Source: Candidatus Sulfotelmatobacter sp. (GTDB lineage Bacteria > Acidobacteriota > Terriglobia > Terriglobales > Acidobacteriaceae). From it: 64,000 nt of DNA. The stretch is from positions 2,369 through 66,368 of the forward strand of contig JBEKDY010000001.1 in assembly GCA_050014115.1 (NCBI GenBank). Direction: 5' to 3'. Below the pieces are notes generated by a model. That model was not told the DNA's origin and made no database searches. It saw only the letters and a program-made list of their open reading frames with translations. The translations under genes and the position numbers were made by a program. This document shows, piece after piece, positions 45,106 through 54,431 of the stretch (positions within the stretch are counted from its first letter, which is position 1; every line of letters starts with the position of its first letter).

Positions 45106-46217
45106 GGCAGCGACTCCAGCGAGTCGCGGAAGACCCAGCCATGCTGCCCATCTCGCGTTTCGACGCCATACCAGTACGGAGTCGAAATCAGGATCAGAAC
45201 CTCTGTGCCCGTCGTCAGCGCGCTCAGGGTGCTCGCGGTATGGAAGGGCGCGGACTTGAGCGGAGCGCCGGGCGATTTCACCAGTCGCTCCACCTGTTGC
45301 CGAAGATCGTGGACGTGTTGCTCAAGGGTCACACCGGACGCGACCTCGCCCGGCGCGTTTTGGCTCGAAACGCTTGGGCTCGAAACGCTTTGATTCGAAG
45401 CACTCTGACCGGAGGCGCTGCTTCCGGCGGCGGATGGATCTGCCGACCCTGCGGGCGGAGTTCGGCTGGAACTCTGCACGTCGTGGCTGGAACTATCATT
45501 CGCAACTCCCGCCGGAGTTGTCCTGGCCGACGCAACCTCGGCCGGCGCCGGTGCAGCAGAAGGTGAGGCCGCGCGTTCATTGCCGCCATTCGGCGGTTGA
45601 AGCTGCTTTGGTTGAGGCTGCTTCTTGGCCAGCTGACTCTGCCGTTCCTGTTCCGCTTCGATCGTCTGCTGCTTCATGAGTTCGATGGCGTCGAGGTGGT
45701 CCTTGATGTCCTTGTATTCGCTGCTTTCTACCGAGCCGTTCGAAGCATGCACCGTGTGGCGGAAGTCCTCGACGAAGACCGCGTCGACACGCAACACAGT
45801 GTTCTTGTTGCCTTGAGGCTGCAGAACGTAGCGCACAGCCAGCGTCCCGACGTCGCCGGCATCTTTAAAGTTTCGAGGGTCGAGCGTTTGCAGCCTGACT
45901 TTATAGAAAACCTTGCCACCTTCGGTCCAGGGAGGAAATGCATGCGTGGAATCGGCGGGCTTGGCGCCGACGACGTACTGATCTTTGTTGTATTCCTTGG
46001 TGCCGCGGATGATGCCGTTCTGTGCCACGTCTCGTACGACCTGCTCGACTTCCGCTTCGGTAAAAGGGACGTTCACGATCAATCCCTCGCCGTAGGAAAG
46101 CTTATCCTTCTCGCGGGCTTGAAGGAAAGGCGCGAAGGTGGCCAACAAAACGAACGTCGCCATCAGGAACAGCGGAGACACGCCCGCCCGATGCAACTTG
46201 CTATTGAGTCTCTCCAT
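45102..46217 (-). CDS. secreted hypothetical protein, paralogous architecture: N-domain, Ser/Pro/Ala linker, SH3b-like domain
   Basis: Start chosen at MERLNSKLHRAGVSPLFLMATFVLLATFAPFLQA (signal peptide). The track ORF extends to 46403. C-terminal SH3b-like segment TEVLILISTPYWYGVETRDGQHGWVFRDSLE. The stop overlaps the next gene's ATG by 4 nt. Confidence 0.6.
   Translation of the reverse strand: MERLNSKLHRAGVSPLFLMATFVLLATFAPFLQAREKDKLSYGEGLIVNVPFTEAEVEQVVRDVAQNGIIRGTKEYNKDQYVVGAKPADSTHAFPPWTEGGKVFYKVRLQTLDPRNFKDAGDVGTLAVRYVLQPQGNKNTVLRVDAVFVEDFRHTVHASNGSVESSEYKDIKDHLDAIELMKQQTIEAEQERQSQLAKKQPQPKQLQPPNGGNERAASPSAAPAPAEVASARTTPAGVANDSSSHDVQSSSRTPPAGSADPSAAGSSASGQSASNQSVSSPSVSSQNAPGEVASGVTLEQHVHDLRQQVERLVKSPGAPLKSAPFHTASTLSALTTGTEVLILISTPYWYGVETRDGQHGWVFRDSLESLP
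45362..45406. repeat. 15-bp in-frame tandem repeat (about 2.7 copies) in the Ser-rich linker
   Basis: ggctcgaaacgcttg / ggctcgaaacgcttt / gattcgaagcactct, encoding SNQ-SVSSP-SVSSQ on the minus strand. Confidence 0.85.
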
Positions 46218-46613
46218 TTTTCCCAGAACCAGTTTACCGGCAACCGGATATCCACGTTGAGCTGACCCATTTATTCTCGCGACCCGACAAGCCCGCTCTT
46301 CCACAGAGCCAACCCCACTGAGCCACACAATACTCTCAGCCGAGAGCGGGGAGGCTGTCAACCGGTAGGGCCTTGCGGGTCGAGAATGAGGACCAAATCT
46401 CATAACCGCGGGTCATCTTATTGGATCAAGTTAACGAATGACGATCTTATTGCAGCTGATCGTCGTTCGAACGTGGTAAACACCGGCTGACCGGGCGCAA
46501 CATTCATCCGCCGGATGCATCCCGCGGCCCAGACAAGCGGTATATACTTTGGACGCTTGCGTTTCATTCGACGCGCGTTGGGGCTTTCAATTTGGCCCCC
46601 AGCCGAGCGACTC

Positions 46614-49600
46614 ATGCAAAACCGGAATCCGCGGTTTGATCCCCAGGATCGGGCGAAGTCGACAAACTCGCCGGGCGTGAGCGTTCCCGCGAAAGGTGAT
46701 AGTTCCGGCTCTGACCTTCCCTCCGACCTCGACGCTACTTTAGTCGATTTTCCGCAATCGCCTTCGGATCCTGATGCCACCCTGGTCGACGGTGATGCTC
46801 CGTTCGGTGTCCCGACTCCGCCTCCCCGTTCTCCTGCGCCCTCTCCCGCACCTGCACGCCCTCGGATCGTTGCACCCGCTCTGCAGCCCGGCGCTGTGCT
46901 GGGCGGCCGCTACGAAATCCTGCAACTGCTGGGCGAGGGCGGGATGGGCGCAGTCTACAAGGCCATGGACCGCGAGCTGGACCGTCCAGTGGCTCTCAAG
47001 CTGATCCGGCCGGAACTGGCCGCCAATTCTTCGATCCTGGCGCGATTCAAGCAAGAGCTGCTGCTGGCTCACCAGGTCACGCACAAGAATGTGATTCGTA
47101 TTTATGACCTTGGCGACGCCGATGGTGTGAAGTTCATCACCATGGAGTTCGTCGAAGGCCAGGACTTGCGCACTCTCATCCAGGAGAAGAAAAAGTTTTC
47201 TCCCGAAGACGCGGTGGAAATCACGCAGCAAATCTGCCGCGCTCTCGAAGCTACCCACAGCGTGGGAGTAATCCACCGGGACTTGAAGCCCCAGAACATT
47301 ATGCGCGATCAAACCGGCCGAATCCTGCTAATGGATTTCGGCCTGGCGCGCACAGTGGCCGGCGAAGGCATGACCCAGACCGGAGCTTTGGTTGGGACCA
47401 TGGAATATATGTCGCCGGAGCAGGCGCTGGCAAAGGAGTTGGACCAGCGCTCCGACCTTTTCACTCTGGGCCTGATTCTCTATGAGCTATTGACTGGCGT
47501 GACGCCGTTCAAGGCGGAGAGCGTTGTGGCCAGCTTGATCCGGCGCACGCAGGAACGAGCGGTTCCCGTCTCTGATCACGACGGGACAATTCCACGGCCG
47601 CTTAGTAACGTCGTCAGCAAGTGTTTGGAGCGCGACCCCAAGTTGCGCTACGCGAGTGCTGCCGAGTTGCTGCGTGACCTCGAGGCATGGCAGAGCAATC
47701 GCGCCGCGGCAACGCTGGGTTTTCAGCCGGCCGTCGAGCCCTGGGCGCGGACCGTTCACTGGCCGCTCGTGACCGGGATTGCCACAGTAGTCGTGCTGGC
47801 GATTGTCAGCTACGTATTTCGGAGCACACTATTTTCGCCTGCGAAGAAGACCGCAGCCGCGCCGGCCCTCTCGCTGGCGGTGATTCCCTTTCATAATGCA
47901 TCGGGCGATCAGTCCTGGGACTGGCTGGGGCCGAGTCTTGCCGATATGTTGAGCACCGATGTTGGGCAATCCACGCATCTGCGAGCGGTTTCTTCGGACC
48001 GCGTCCAACAAGTTTTTCACGATTTGCGAATCACGCCCGATTCTGTGGTCGATTCCTCAACCCTCGGCCGGGTTGCCGAATTCACCAATGCCGACACTCT
48101 AGTTTGGGGACAGTACACCAAGTTGGGCGATCAGATTCGCATCGACGCGACGCTGCAGGATCGCAGACACAATCGCACAATCCAATTGAAGGCGGAGGCG
48201 ACCAGCCAAGACGATCTGTCGCCGGCGGTGGACCGGTTGGCGGCACTGATCCGCCAAAACCTGGCCTTGTCATCGGATCTGGTGAAAGAACTGCAGGCGC
48301 AATCGTTCAAGCCGACTTCGACTTCCGTGGACGCTCTGCGCGATTACAACCAGGGACTGCAGTTATTGCGCCAGGGAAATAATCTCGAGGCTCAGAAGCA
48401 GCTTGAGGCTGCCACAAAAGAAGATCCGCAATTTGCCGTCGCCTATTCGCGGTTGGGCGAAGCTTATTCTGCGCTTGGACACGATGCGGAAGCCGAACAG
48501 TCGTCGCGCCGCGCGGTTGATTTGAGCCAGAATCTTCCTTTGGCGCAGCGGTACTTCATGGAGGCCAGTCTGGCGCGGGTTTCCAAGGACAACCCGAAGG
48601 CGATCGCCGCGTACGAAAGTCTGGCCAAAAGTTTTCCCGATAACCTGGACGTGCAGTTCGCATTGGGAAGCCTCTACGAAGATGCCGGCGACCTCGACAA
48701 AGCGCGCTCCTATTATGCGAACGTGCTGCGAGCCGACAGCAAGAATCTCGACGCGCTGCTTTCCATGGGGCGCGTGGAGATCAAAGCGGGCAATCCGCAG
48801 AAGGGACTGGATCCGCTCGATCAAGCGCGGCATATCGCGATCGACCTGGACAACCAGGAGCAGCAGGCCCTGATCCTCCAGGCCACTGGGATTGCATACA
48901 AATTGATGAACAAGCCGGCCGAGGCCTTACGGAATTATGAGGACTCGATGGCGATCAACCAGAAACTGGGACAAAAACGCGGAGTCGCGGCCAGCCTGGC
49001 GGAAATTGCGCAAGTGCAGCTCTCGCTGGGAAAACCGGATGCTGCCTTGTCTGCGTATAACGATGCCCTCAAGATCCGGCAGGAAATTGGCGCGAAGAAA
49101 GATGCGGGTGACACGCTCATCGATCTTGGCGATCTTTATCTTGAGCGTGGCCTGCCCGACAAAGCGCTGCAGATGTTTAAGGAATCGCTGCAGATTCAAC
49201 GCGAAGCCGGAGACGAGAGCTACCAGGCTCTGTGTTTGAGCAACATCGGCACCGCCTATTTGCAAAAAGGCGAGACCGAAGATGGTCTCACCTACTTGCA
49301 GCAGGCCCTTCAAATTCGTGAAAAGCTGAACGTGCCGGGAGACATTGCCGAAACTCTGCAACACCTGGGAAGCGCTTACGGCAGCCTGGGACAATACGAT
49401 CAGGCGATGACTTCCTACATGCGCAGCCTGGATTTGTATCGCAAGGGCGGCGACAACCAGGGTGCGGCGGTCGTCTCGCACAGCATGGGCTTGATTTTTG
49501 AGCATCAGGGACGATTGGGGCCGGCCGTAGACGCATTGCAGGATGCGGTCAAGGCGTTTCAGGCTCTGGGCGACCGAAGCAGTGTGCCCGCAGATGCGTT

Positions 49601-50291
49601 GAACGACCTGGCGGATGCGCTCGCCCAATCCGGACGAGGAAGCGAGTCAGGAAAACCCCTGGAAGAATCCAAAGGGCTGGCTCGCGACCTGAAGAACGAT
49701 TCGATTCAGGCCGCCATCCTGAACACACAAGGTGATGTCCGCTTTTACCAGGGCGATCTCAAATCGGCGAAGGATTTTTATCAGCAAGCGCTCCGTTTAG
49801 CGGGACACGCATCCAACCAGGACGCGCTGCTGACCTCAAGAATGAATCTGGCCCGGGTTGCGATCACGGAGGCAGGTTCTCATTCTGCGATCTCTCACTC
49901 TGCGATCTCTCACTCTGCGATGAATGATCTGCGAAGTCTCGCGCAGCAGGCTGATGCTCGGGGCAATCAATACATTTCCGTCGCCTGCTCGGTACTGCTG
50001 GCCGAGGCCATGATCACTGACAAGGATTATTCGCATGCCCGCCAGGAGTTACTGCGGGCCCTGGCCAGAAGCGAAAAACTGGGATTGCGCCTGGAAAACG
50101 CCCGGATTCACTACCTGTTAGGAACCTCGCTTCGACTTTCTGGAAGCGCACGCGAAGCCACGGCTCAATACCGTGAGGCACGAAACCTGCTCGACGAGAT
50201 CCGCAAGGAGCAGGGCGCAGAGCACATCATCGAACGCTACGATCTGAAGCCCATCTACGCTGAAGTTTCGCAGTTCGCGCCCCAGGGCTGA
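46614..50291 (+). CDS. Ser/Thr protein kinase with TM segment, extracytoplasmic domain and long TPR array
   Basis: Hanks kinase motifs GEGGMGAVYKA, VALKLI, HRDLKPQNIM, DFGLAR and SPEQ. TM segment WPLVTGIATVVVLAIVSYVF. More than 10 TPR-like repeats follow. The ATG at 46614 is preferred over the track start at 46515. Confidence 0.85.
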   Translation: MQNRNPRFDPQDRAKSTNSPGVSVPAKGDSSGSDLPSDLDATLVDFPQSPSDPDATLVDGDAPFGVPTPPPRSPAPSPAPARPRIVAPALQPGAVLGGRYEILQLLGEGGMGAVYKAMDRELDRPVALKLIRPELAANSSILARFKQELLLAHQVTHKNVIRIYDLGDADGVKFITMEFVEGQDLRTLIQEKKKFSPEDAVEITQQICRALEATHSVGVIHRDLKPQNIMRDQTGRILLMDFGLARTVAGEGMTQTGALVGTMEYMSPEQALAKELDQRSDLFTLGLILYELLTGVTPFKAESVVASLIRRTQERAVPVSDHDGTIPRPLSNVVSKCLERDPKLRYASAAELLRDLEAWQSNRAAATLGFQPAVEPWARTVHWPLVTGIATVVVLAIVSYVFRSTLFSPAKKTAAAPALSLAVIPFHNASGDQSWDWLGPSLADMLSTDVGQSTHLRAVSSDRVQQVFHDLRITPDSVVDSSTLGRVAEFTNADTLVWGQYTKLGDQIRIDATLQDRRHNRTIQLKAEATSQDDLSPAVDRLAALIRQNLALSSDLVKELQAQSFKPTSTSVDALRDYNQGLQLLRQGNNLEAQKQLEAATKEDPQFAVAYSRLGEAYSALGHDAEAEQSSRRAVDLSQNLPLAQRYFMEASLARVSKDNPKAIAAYESLAKSFPDNLDVQFALGSLYEDAGDLDKARSYYANVLRADSKNLDALLSMGRVEIKAGNPQKGLDPLDQARHIAIDLDNQEQQALILQATGIAYKLMNKPAEALRNYEDSMAINQKLGQKRGVAASLAEIAQVQLSLGKPDAALSAYNDALKIRQEIGAKKDAGDTLIDLGDLYLERGLPDKALQMFKESLQIQREAGDESYQALCLSNIGTAYLQKGETEDGLTYLQQALQIREKLNVPGDIAETLQHLGSAYGSLGQYDQAMTSYMRSLDLYRKGGDNQGAAVVSHSMGLIFEHQGRLGPAVDALQDAVKAFQALGDRSSVPADALNDLADALAQSGRGSESGKPLEESKGLARDLKNDSIQAAILNTQGDVRFYQGDLKSAKDFYQQALRLAGHASNQDALLTSRMNLARVAITEAGSHSAISHSAISHSAMNDLRSLAQQADARGNQYISVACSVLLAEAMITDKDYSHARQELLRALARSEKLGLRLENARIHYLLGTSLRLSGSAREATAQYREARNLLDEIRKEQGAEHIIERYDLKPIYAEVSQFAPQG
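49878..49922. repeat. 15-bp x3 in-frame tandem repeat inside the kinase TPR region
   Basis: tctcattctgcgatc / tctcactctgcgatc / tctcactctgcgatg, encoding SHSAI-SHSAI-SHSAM. Confidence 0.9.
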
Positions 50292-50320
50292 GCGCTGCTG
50301 TCTTGCCTCCTCAGTCTGGA

Positions 50321-53300
50321 CTATTTCTTCACCACATTCGCCGTCATCGGAATCTGCTGCGGACTTCCCGCGGCGTTGTCGGTGACCAGCAGAGTCGCAT
50401 TGTGCGCGCCGAGGTCGTCGGCATAAAAACTGACCACGATGTCGCAGCTCTTGCCCGGATTTAAATATTCGCCGCACAAGCTCAGGACTCCGAAGTCATC
50501 CCAATCTGAACCCGATCCGAGCTTGATGGTGACACCTGTGATCTTCAACGGCGTACTGCCAGGATTGGAAACAGTTTCCAACAGGAACACCAGGTTCCCG
50601 AACTTCACGTTCCCGAACTTCAAGCTGCTGGGTGAGAGTCCGATCGCGGGCTGGGTCACCAGCAGCGTTACCTGCGCCGTCGCCGAGTTGTAGTCCACAG
50701 AATTGGTCGGGGTGAAGGCCACCACCAGCGTTTGGCTTCCCGCTGCCAACACGCTGCCCGACGGAGGCGTGTACACAAACGCTCCGGGCACGTTGGCGGT
50801 TGCGTCGAGTTGAGCGGAGCTTAGCGGCGTCCCGTACGTGATTGGCGCAGGCGGGGCCCAGGAAATGACTGAGGCTGCCTTGTTCACCATCAACGTCACG
50901 GTCGCGATCGCCGTGGAGTAGTCGGTGGCGTCGGCCGGCGTGAACGTGGCCGACAAAATCTGCGTGCCCGCGTTCAACACCGTCCCTGCCGCCGGACTGT
51001 AGATGAAAGCGCCCGCCACGTTGGACGCAGCATTCAACTGCGCTGCGCTTAAGGCCGTCCCGTAGGTGATTGGAGCGGGAGGCGCCCAGGAAATGATTGG
51101 CGCCGCCTGATTCACTACTAACGATACGGTGGCCGTTGCGGTGGTGTAATCGGCGTTGTCGGTCGGCGTGAAAGTCACCGATAGTGTGTGTGTCCCCGCA
51201 GTCAGCACTATTCCAGCTGCCGGCGTGTAGGTAAATGCGCCCGCCACGCTGGCCGTTGCATCGAGTTGTAGCGTGCTCAATGCCGTCCCGTAAGTAATTG
51301 CGGCCGGCGGAGCCCAGGTGAGAACTGGTGTAGCCTGCGCCACGTTGTAGGTCACGGAGCTGGGCACACTCTGGTTGCCAACTGCATCCTGCCCATAGAC
51401 CGTGAAGATGTGCGAACCGACCGAACCGCTCACCGGACTGCTGAGCGGACCGGTGTTGCCGGTCGCGGGGATATTCGCGGTGCCTGTTGGTCCGCAGAGT
51501 ACAACGCCGGAGCCTCCATCCGTACAGCTATAGTTTGCAGTCACCGACTGGCCGAACAGCGGCGACGCTGGCGAAATCGTCGGACCAACGATGAACGGCG
51601 CTTTCTTATCCACTTCAAACGGACCAAAAGGACCTTGAGGAACGGAGGTGTTGCCCGCCACATCCTGCACCGTGACCGCCGCGATCGAGGCACTGTTCGT
51701 TTCGGTTCCAGCGGGGACGTTCGTCGCAACGTTGAACGAAGCTGGTCCAACCAAGCCCGAGCCGCCTGCGTTGTCGCTCGCGGTACAGGGAACGATAACA
51801 TCGGTGGCCTGCCACGCAGGAGCGGGCGGGGTGCAACTCACCGTAGGTGGAATCGTATCGACTTGAATCGTAAACATGGGATTGGCGCTGCTCACCTGAC
51901 CGCCGCTATTGGTAACAATGTTCTCGATCGTACCCGCGCTATCCGTGGCGAAAAATGTCACCACCGTCGCTCCTTGAGAAGTAGCCGGAATGACGATCGA
52001 TCCACTGGTTCCAGAGAGCGTTCCCGTGGGAGGGGTCGGGAGGTTTGCTCCTGTGGCGCTGTAATTGATGGTGGCGACCGCGGGCAAAGAAGCTGGCGGA
52101 TTCGTGTTGTTGCTTGGGACAATCTCGGTGCTGTTGAAATTCAGCGTCACGCTTCCGTTCGTCCAGCCGCTGTTCAGTGCCGGGGTCGTGGTGGCAGCGG
52201 TGCTCGGTTGAACCGCGCCGAGAATCGGAATCAGGGTGGAATTGAAATTGTTGGTGCGCCCGCCGCTGGTCGCGGCGTCGCCGCTGATGCCGCTGAAAAT
52301 GTTTACCAGCCCCTTGCAGGTATTGTCGCCACTGGCGCCGCAGTTGAGCGCAGTGTCCTTGCCCATGATGTAGCCGGGAGCGATGATCGGTTTTTGAGAT
52401 GGATCGAGGTTATAAGTGTTCGAAACGTTGATCAAAGCGTTCGTGCCGGTGTTCGGGCAGTTGGCTCCGCTTGGGGTTCCGCTCGCCGACGTCGTGCACA
52501 AATCCGTAGTGACTACGCAGGCATAATTGCCGGAACCCGTGTCCTGGTGCTGGCAGGTGCTGCCCTGAAACGGAGTGTTGGTCACCAAATCAGAAAATTG
52601 CTGATCCGTGATCGTCTGAACCGTACCCTGCATGAACACGCCGGAGAACGCGCCGTTTCCCAATCCGCTCTGGGAGTAATCCGTTATCGCAGACAGTGTG
52701 GGCGTGTAGTTAAAGGTCGTCGTGGTCGTCTGCAGCGGCTGGTTAATCGTGATCGGCGCCAGCGGCAGCGAACTGAACGACCAGCTGATGATGTCGTTGT
52801 TTTCGACCAGCGAACCAGTCGCGGCAGTGAAGCCCAGGTAGGCGCTTCCGTTGCCTGTCAGGTTCAGTTGTGTGGCAATGTTCAACGTCGCCTGCAGGAT
52901 AAGGGTGCTGTCCAGGTAGACGGAGAGATTGTTGCAACCGCTGGCGCAGGTCCCCGGCGGCAAATAGTTCACCGTAATCGTGTGGATGTTTCCATCGGAC
53001 AGGGACATGCCTGAAGGCAAAGTTTGCAGCGCCAGCTTCGCAAGATTTCCGTCCGGGCACATGTAGTCGTGATCCGCACTGTTCGGTGTAAGCGTGCTGG
53101 CGTTGTTGGGCCCGCAGCTTTGCACGGCGATGTGGTTGCCGTTGGGATCGCTGTAGTTGGTGTTCTGAAAGGTATCGAGTTCGATGGCAAGGCTGTTGGT
53201 AATGGCATTCCCCGGCCCGCTCGCCGTGGAAACATCATTGTTGCCGTAAGACATGTTTTGGCCGTCCCCGGTATAACCGAGCGCGCCTGTGCCCGCCGGA

Positions 53301-53716
53301 TCATTCTGGATGACCAGCGCCATACCGTCGGCGGGAAACGCACAGCCGTAACAGGAATTCGTATTCGAAATCTGAAACTGAAACGCCGTGGTGAATCCTG
53401 TGGAGAGCGGCTGCTGCAGGTTGAACCAGGCGGAGCCGTGCTGATTTGTATTCGCGGTCGTCAGCCGCAAACCGCCGCTGCCAGTGACCGTTGGCTGGTT
53501 GGGAGAGCCATTTGTCATTACTTGGCAGCTTGACGCTGGAGTTCCGTTGTTTGCGCAAACATTCGTCGGGCTGAAGCCCCCCACGGGAAAGCTGAACGAC
53601 TGCGCGGCCATCGGTTGCGACCCCAAGATGACGCCGACGAGCAGTCCTACAGCCACACAACCACCACGCAGCGCGGTCTTCATTCTTCGCTTTCTCCGTT
53701 TTCTGAATGTTCGCAA
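50321..53716 (-). CDS. large secreted surface protein: L-type (legume-like) lectin domain, Ig-like/MBG-like repeats, C-terminal choice-of-anchor-D-like domain
   Basis: Signal peptide. Legume-lectin pattern (GGLRLTTANTNQHGSAWF...FTTAFQFQI...ADGMALVIQ...LAIELDTFQN..DPNGNHIAV...YLGFTAATGSLVENNDIISWSF). Three 76-78-aa repeats (WAPPAxITYGTxLSxxQLxA...GAFxYxP..G..L.AG...L...FTP.D...Y). The C-terminus LKFGNVKFGN...SNPGSTPLKITGV...CGEYLNPGKSC resembles HYDIN/choice-of-anchor D. The start may be the internal ATG at 53683. Confidence 0.75.
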   Translation of the reverse strand: MRTFRKRRKRRMKTALRGGCVAVGLLVGVILGSQPMAAQSFSFPVGGFSPTNVCANNGTPASSCQVMTNGSPNQPTVTGSGGLRLTTANTNQHGSAWFNLQQPLSTGFTTAFQFQISNTNSCYGCAFPADGMALVIQNDPAGTGALGYTGDGQNMSYGNNDVSTASGPGNAITNSLAIELDTFQNTNYSDPNGNHIAVQSCGPNNASTLTPNSADHDYMCPDGNLAKLALQTLPSGMSLSDGNIHTITVNYLPPGTCASGCNNLSVYLDSTLILQATLNIATQLNLTGNGSAYLGFTAATGSLVENNDIISWSFSSLPLAPITINQPLQTTTTTFNYTPTLSAITDYSQSGLGNGAFSGVFMQGTVQTITDQQFSDLVTNTPFQGSTCQHQDTGSGNYACVVTTDLCTTSASGTPSGANCPNTGTNALINVSNTYNLDPSQKPIIAPGYIMGKDTALNCGASGDNTCKGLVNIFSGISGDAATSGGRTNNFNSTLIPILGAVQPSTAATTTPALNSGWTNGSVTLNFNSTEIVPSNNTNPPASLPAVATINYSATGANLPTPPTGTLSGTSGSIVIPATSQGATVVTFFATDSAGTIENIVTNSGGQVSSANPMFTIQVDTIPPTVSCTPPAPAWQATDVIVPCTASDNAGGSGLVGPASFNVATNVPAGTETNSASIAAVTVQDVAGNTSVPQGPFGPFEVDKKAPFIVGPTISPASPLFGQSVTANYSCTDGGSGVVLCGPTGTANIPATGNTGPLSSPVSGSVGSHIFTVYGQDAVGNQSVPSSVTYNVAQATPVLTWAPPAAITYGTALSTLQLDATASVAGAFTYTPAAGIVLTAGTHTLSVTFTPTDNADYTTATATVSLVVNQAAPIISWAPPAPITYGTALSAAQLNAASNVAGAFIYSPAAGTVLNAGTQILSATFTPADATDYSTAIATVTLMVNKAASVISWAPPAPITYGTPLSSAQLDATANVPGAFVYTPPSGSVLAAGSQTLVVAFTPTNSVDYNSATAQVTLLVTQPAIGLSPSSLKFGNVKFGNLVFLLETVSNPGSTPLKITGVTIKLGSGSDWDDFGVLSLCGEYLNPGKSCDIVVSFYADDLGAHNATLLVTDNAAGSPQQIPMTANVVKK
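50651..51340. repeat. three tandem ~230-bp coding repeats (Ig/MBG-like domains)
   Basis: The protein repeats AQATPVLTWAPPAAITYGTALS..., AAPIISWAPPAPITYGTALS... and AASVISWAPPAPITYGTPLS... are visibly similar at DNA level too (ggcgcccaggaaatgat / ggggcccaggaaatgac / ggagcccaggtgagaac). Confidence 0.8.
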
Positions 53717-54105
53717 GAGCGCCAGGCCGAATCCGGAGCGAGTTTTGTCCGCTCAGGGATCGACGCTACGCACTCGTCTAAGGGTTTTGCCGGAATCGAA
53801 TCCGGCTTGTACGGGGGAGGCAGCCGGTGAACCGCCAGCCATTCTCAGCTTTCGCTCTCCACAGTGTCAAGGGCAAAGCCGCCGCTGGTGCGGGACTCAG
53901 AGCGATCCGCTTCCCGACGAGCCTCTGCACGTGGTGATGCGAGCCCGAGAACTTTCGACAGTTGCCCTTGCACACCCCAAACCTGACGCTTATCCAACAT
54001 CTTGGGCGACTTCGGTCAGTCAGCCGGGATGATCCCTGACGCGCGGGCAGTCCTATGAGACGGTGTTGAAGCTCAACCCGATAACCCCATCAGCCTTTTC
54101 AATCC

Positions 54106-54125
54106 TTTCAATAGCTTCCAGATAA
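54106..54125. repeat. 20-mer tttcaatagcttccagataa (copy 1 of an intergenic repeat)
   Basis: Matches 54412-54431 (tttcaatagcttacagataa) at 19 of 20 positions. Degenerate copies with a TTTCAAT core occur at 54097 and 54146 (tttcaatcacttacgg). Confidence 0.8.
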
Positions 54126-54411
54126 TTGCAACAAGTTACGGACATTTTCAATCACTTACGGCGATTTCGCGTTTAGAGGCGATTTAAGCCCGCCCATCCC
54201 GGGTAAAGATCTTGGGGCCGGTCTGATCAACCGAACGCGATCACAGCCCAATTCTGTGCGCTCCAGAGCCATCCTGTGCGCAGCCTCGCCCGCTATCGAC
54301 GTATGTGAATCGCAACCTCGTCACCTGTTTTCAGCAAGTTAGAAATTTCCACAATGAAAACAAAGCACATCGCGCCAGCGGGAACAATGCCTGCATTTCC
54401 GTCGCAGTTGT

Positions 54412-54431
54412 TTTCAATAGCTTACAGATAA
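54412..54431. repeat. 20-mer tttcaatagcttacagataa (copy 2)
   Basis: See copy 1. The two are direct repeats 306 bp apart within the AT-richer gap upstream of rpsA. Confidence 0.8.

Noticed and set aside
51410-53014. 534-aa plus-strand ORF
   Set aside because: It is antisense to the lectin/adhesin gene and extremely Arg/Gly-rich. It is an artefact of the Thr/Ser/Pro/Ala-rich sense frame.
53864-53975. 13-bp (one bulge) long-range complementarity, gtgtcaagggcaa with ttgcccttgCacac, as evidence for a structured RNA
   Set aside because: A single helix of this length is within chance expectation for a 64-kb GC-rich window. I recognised no known ncRNA signature (SRP, RNase P, tmRNA or a 6S-like closing stem). 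It is kept only as a note inside the gap finding.
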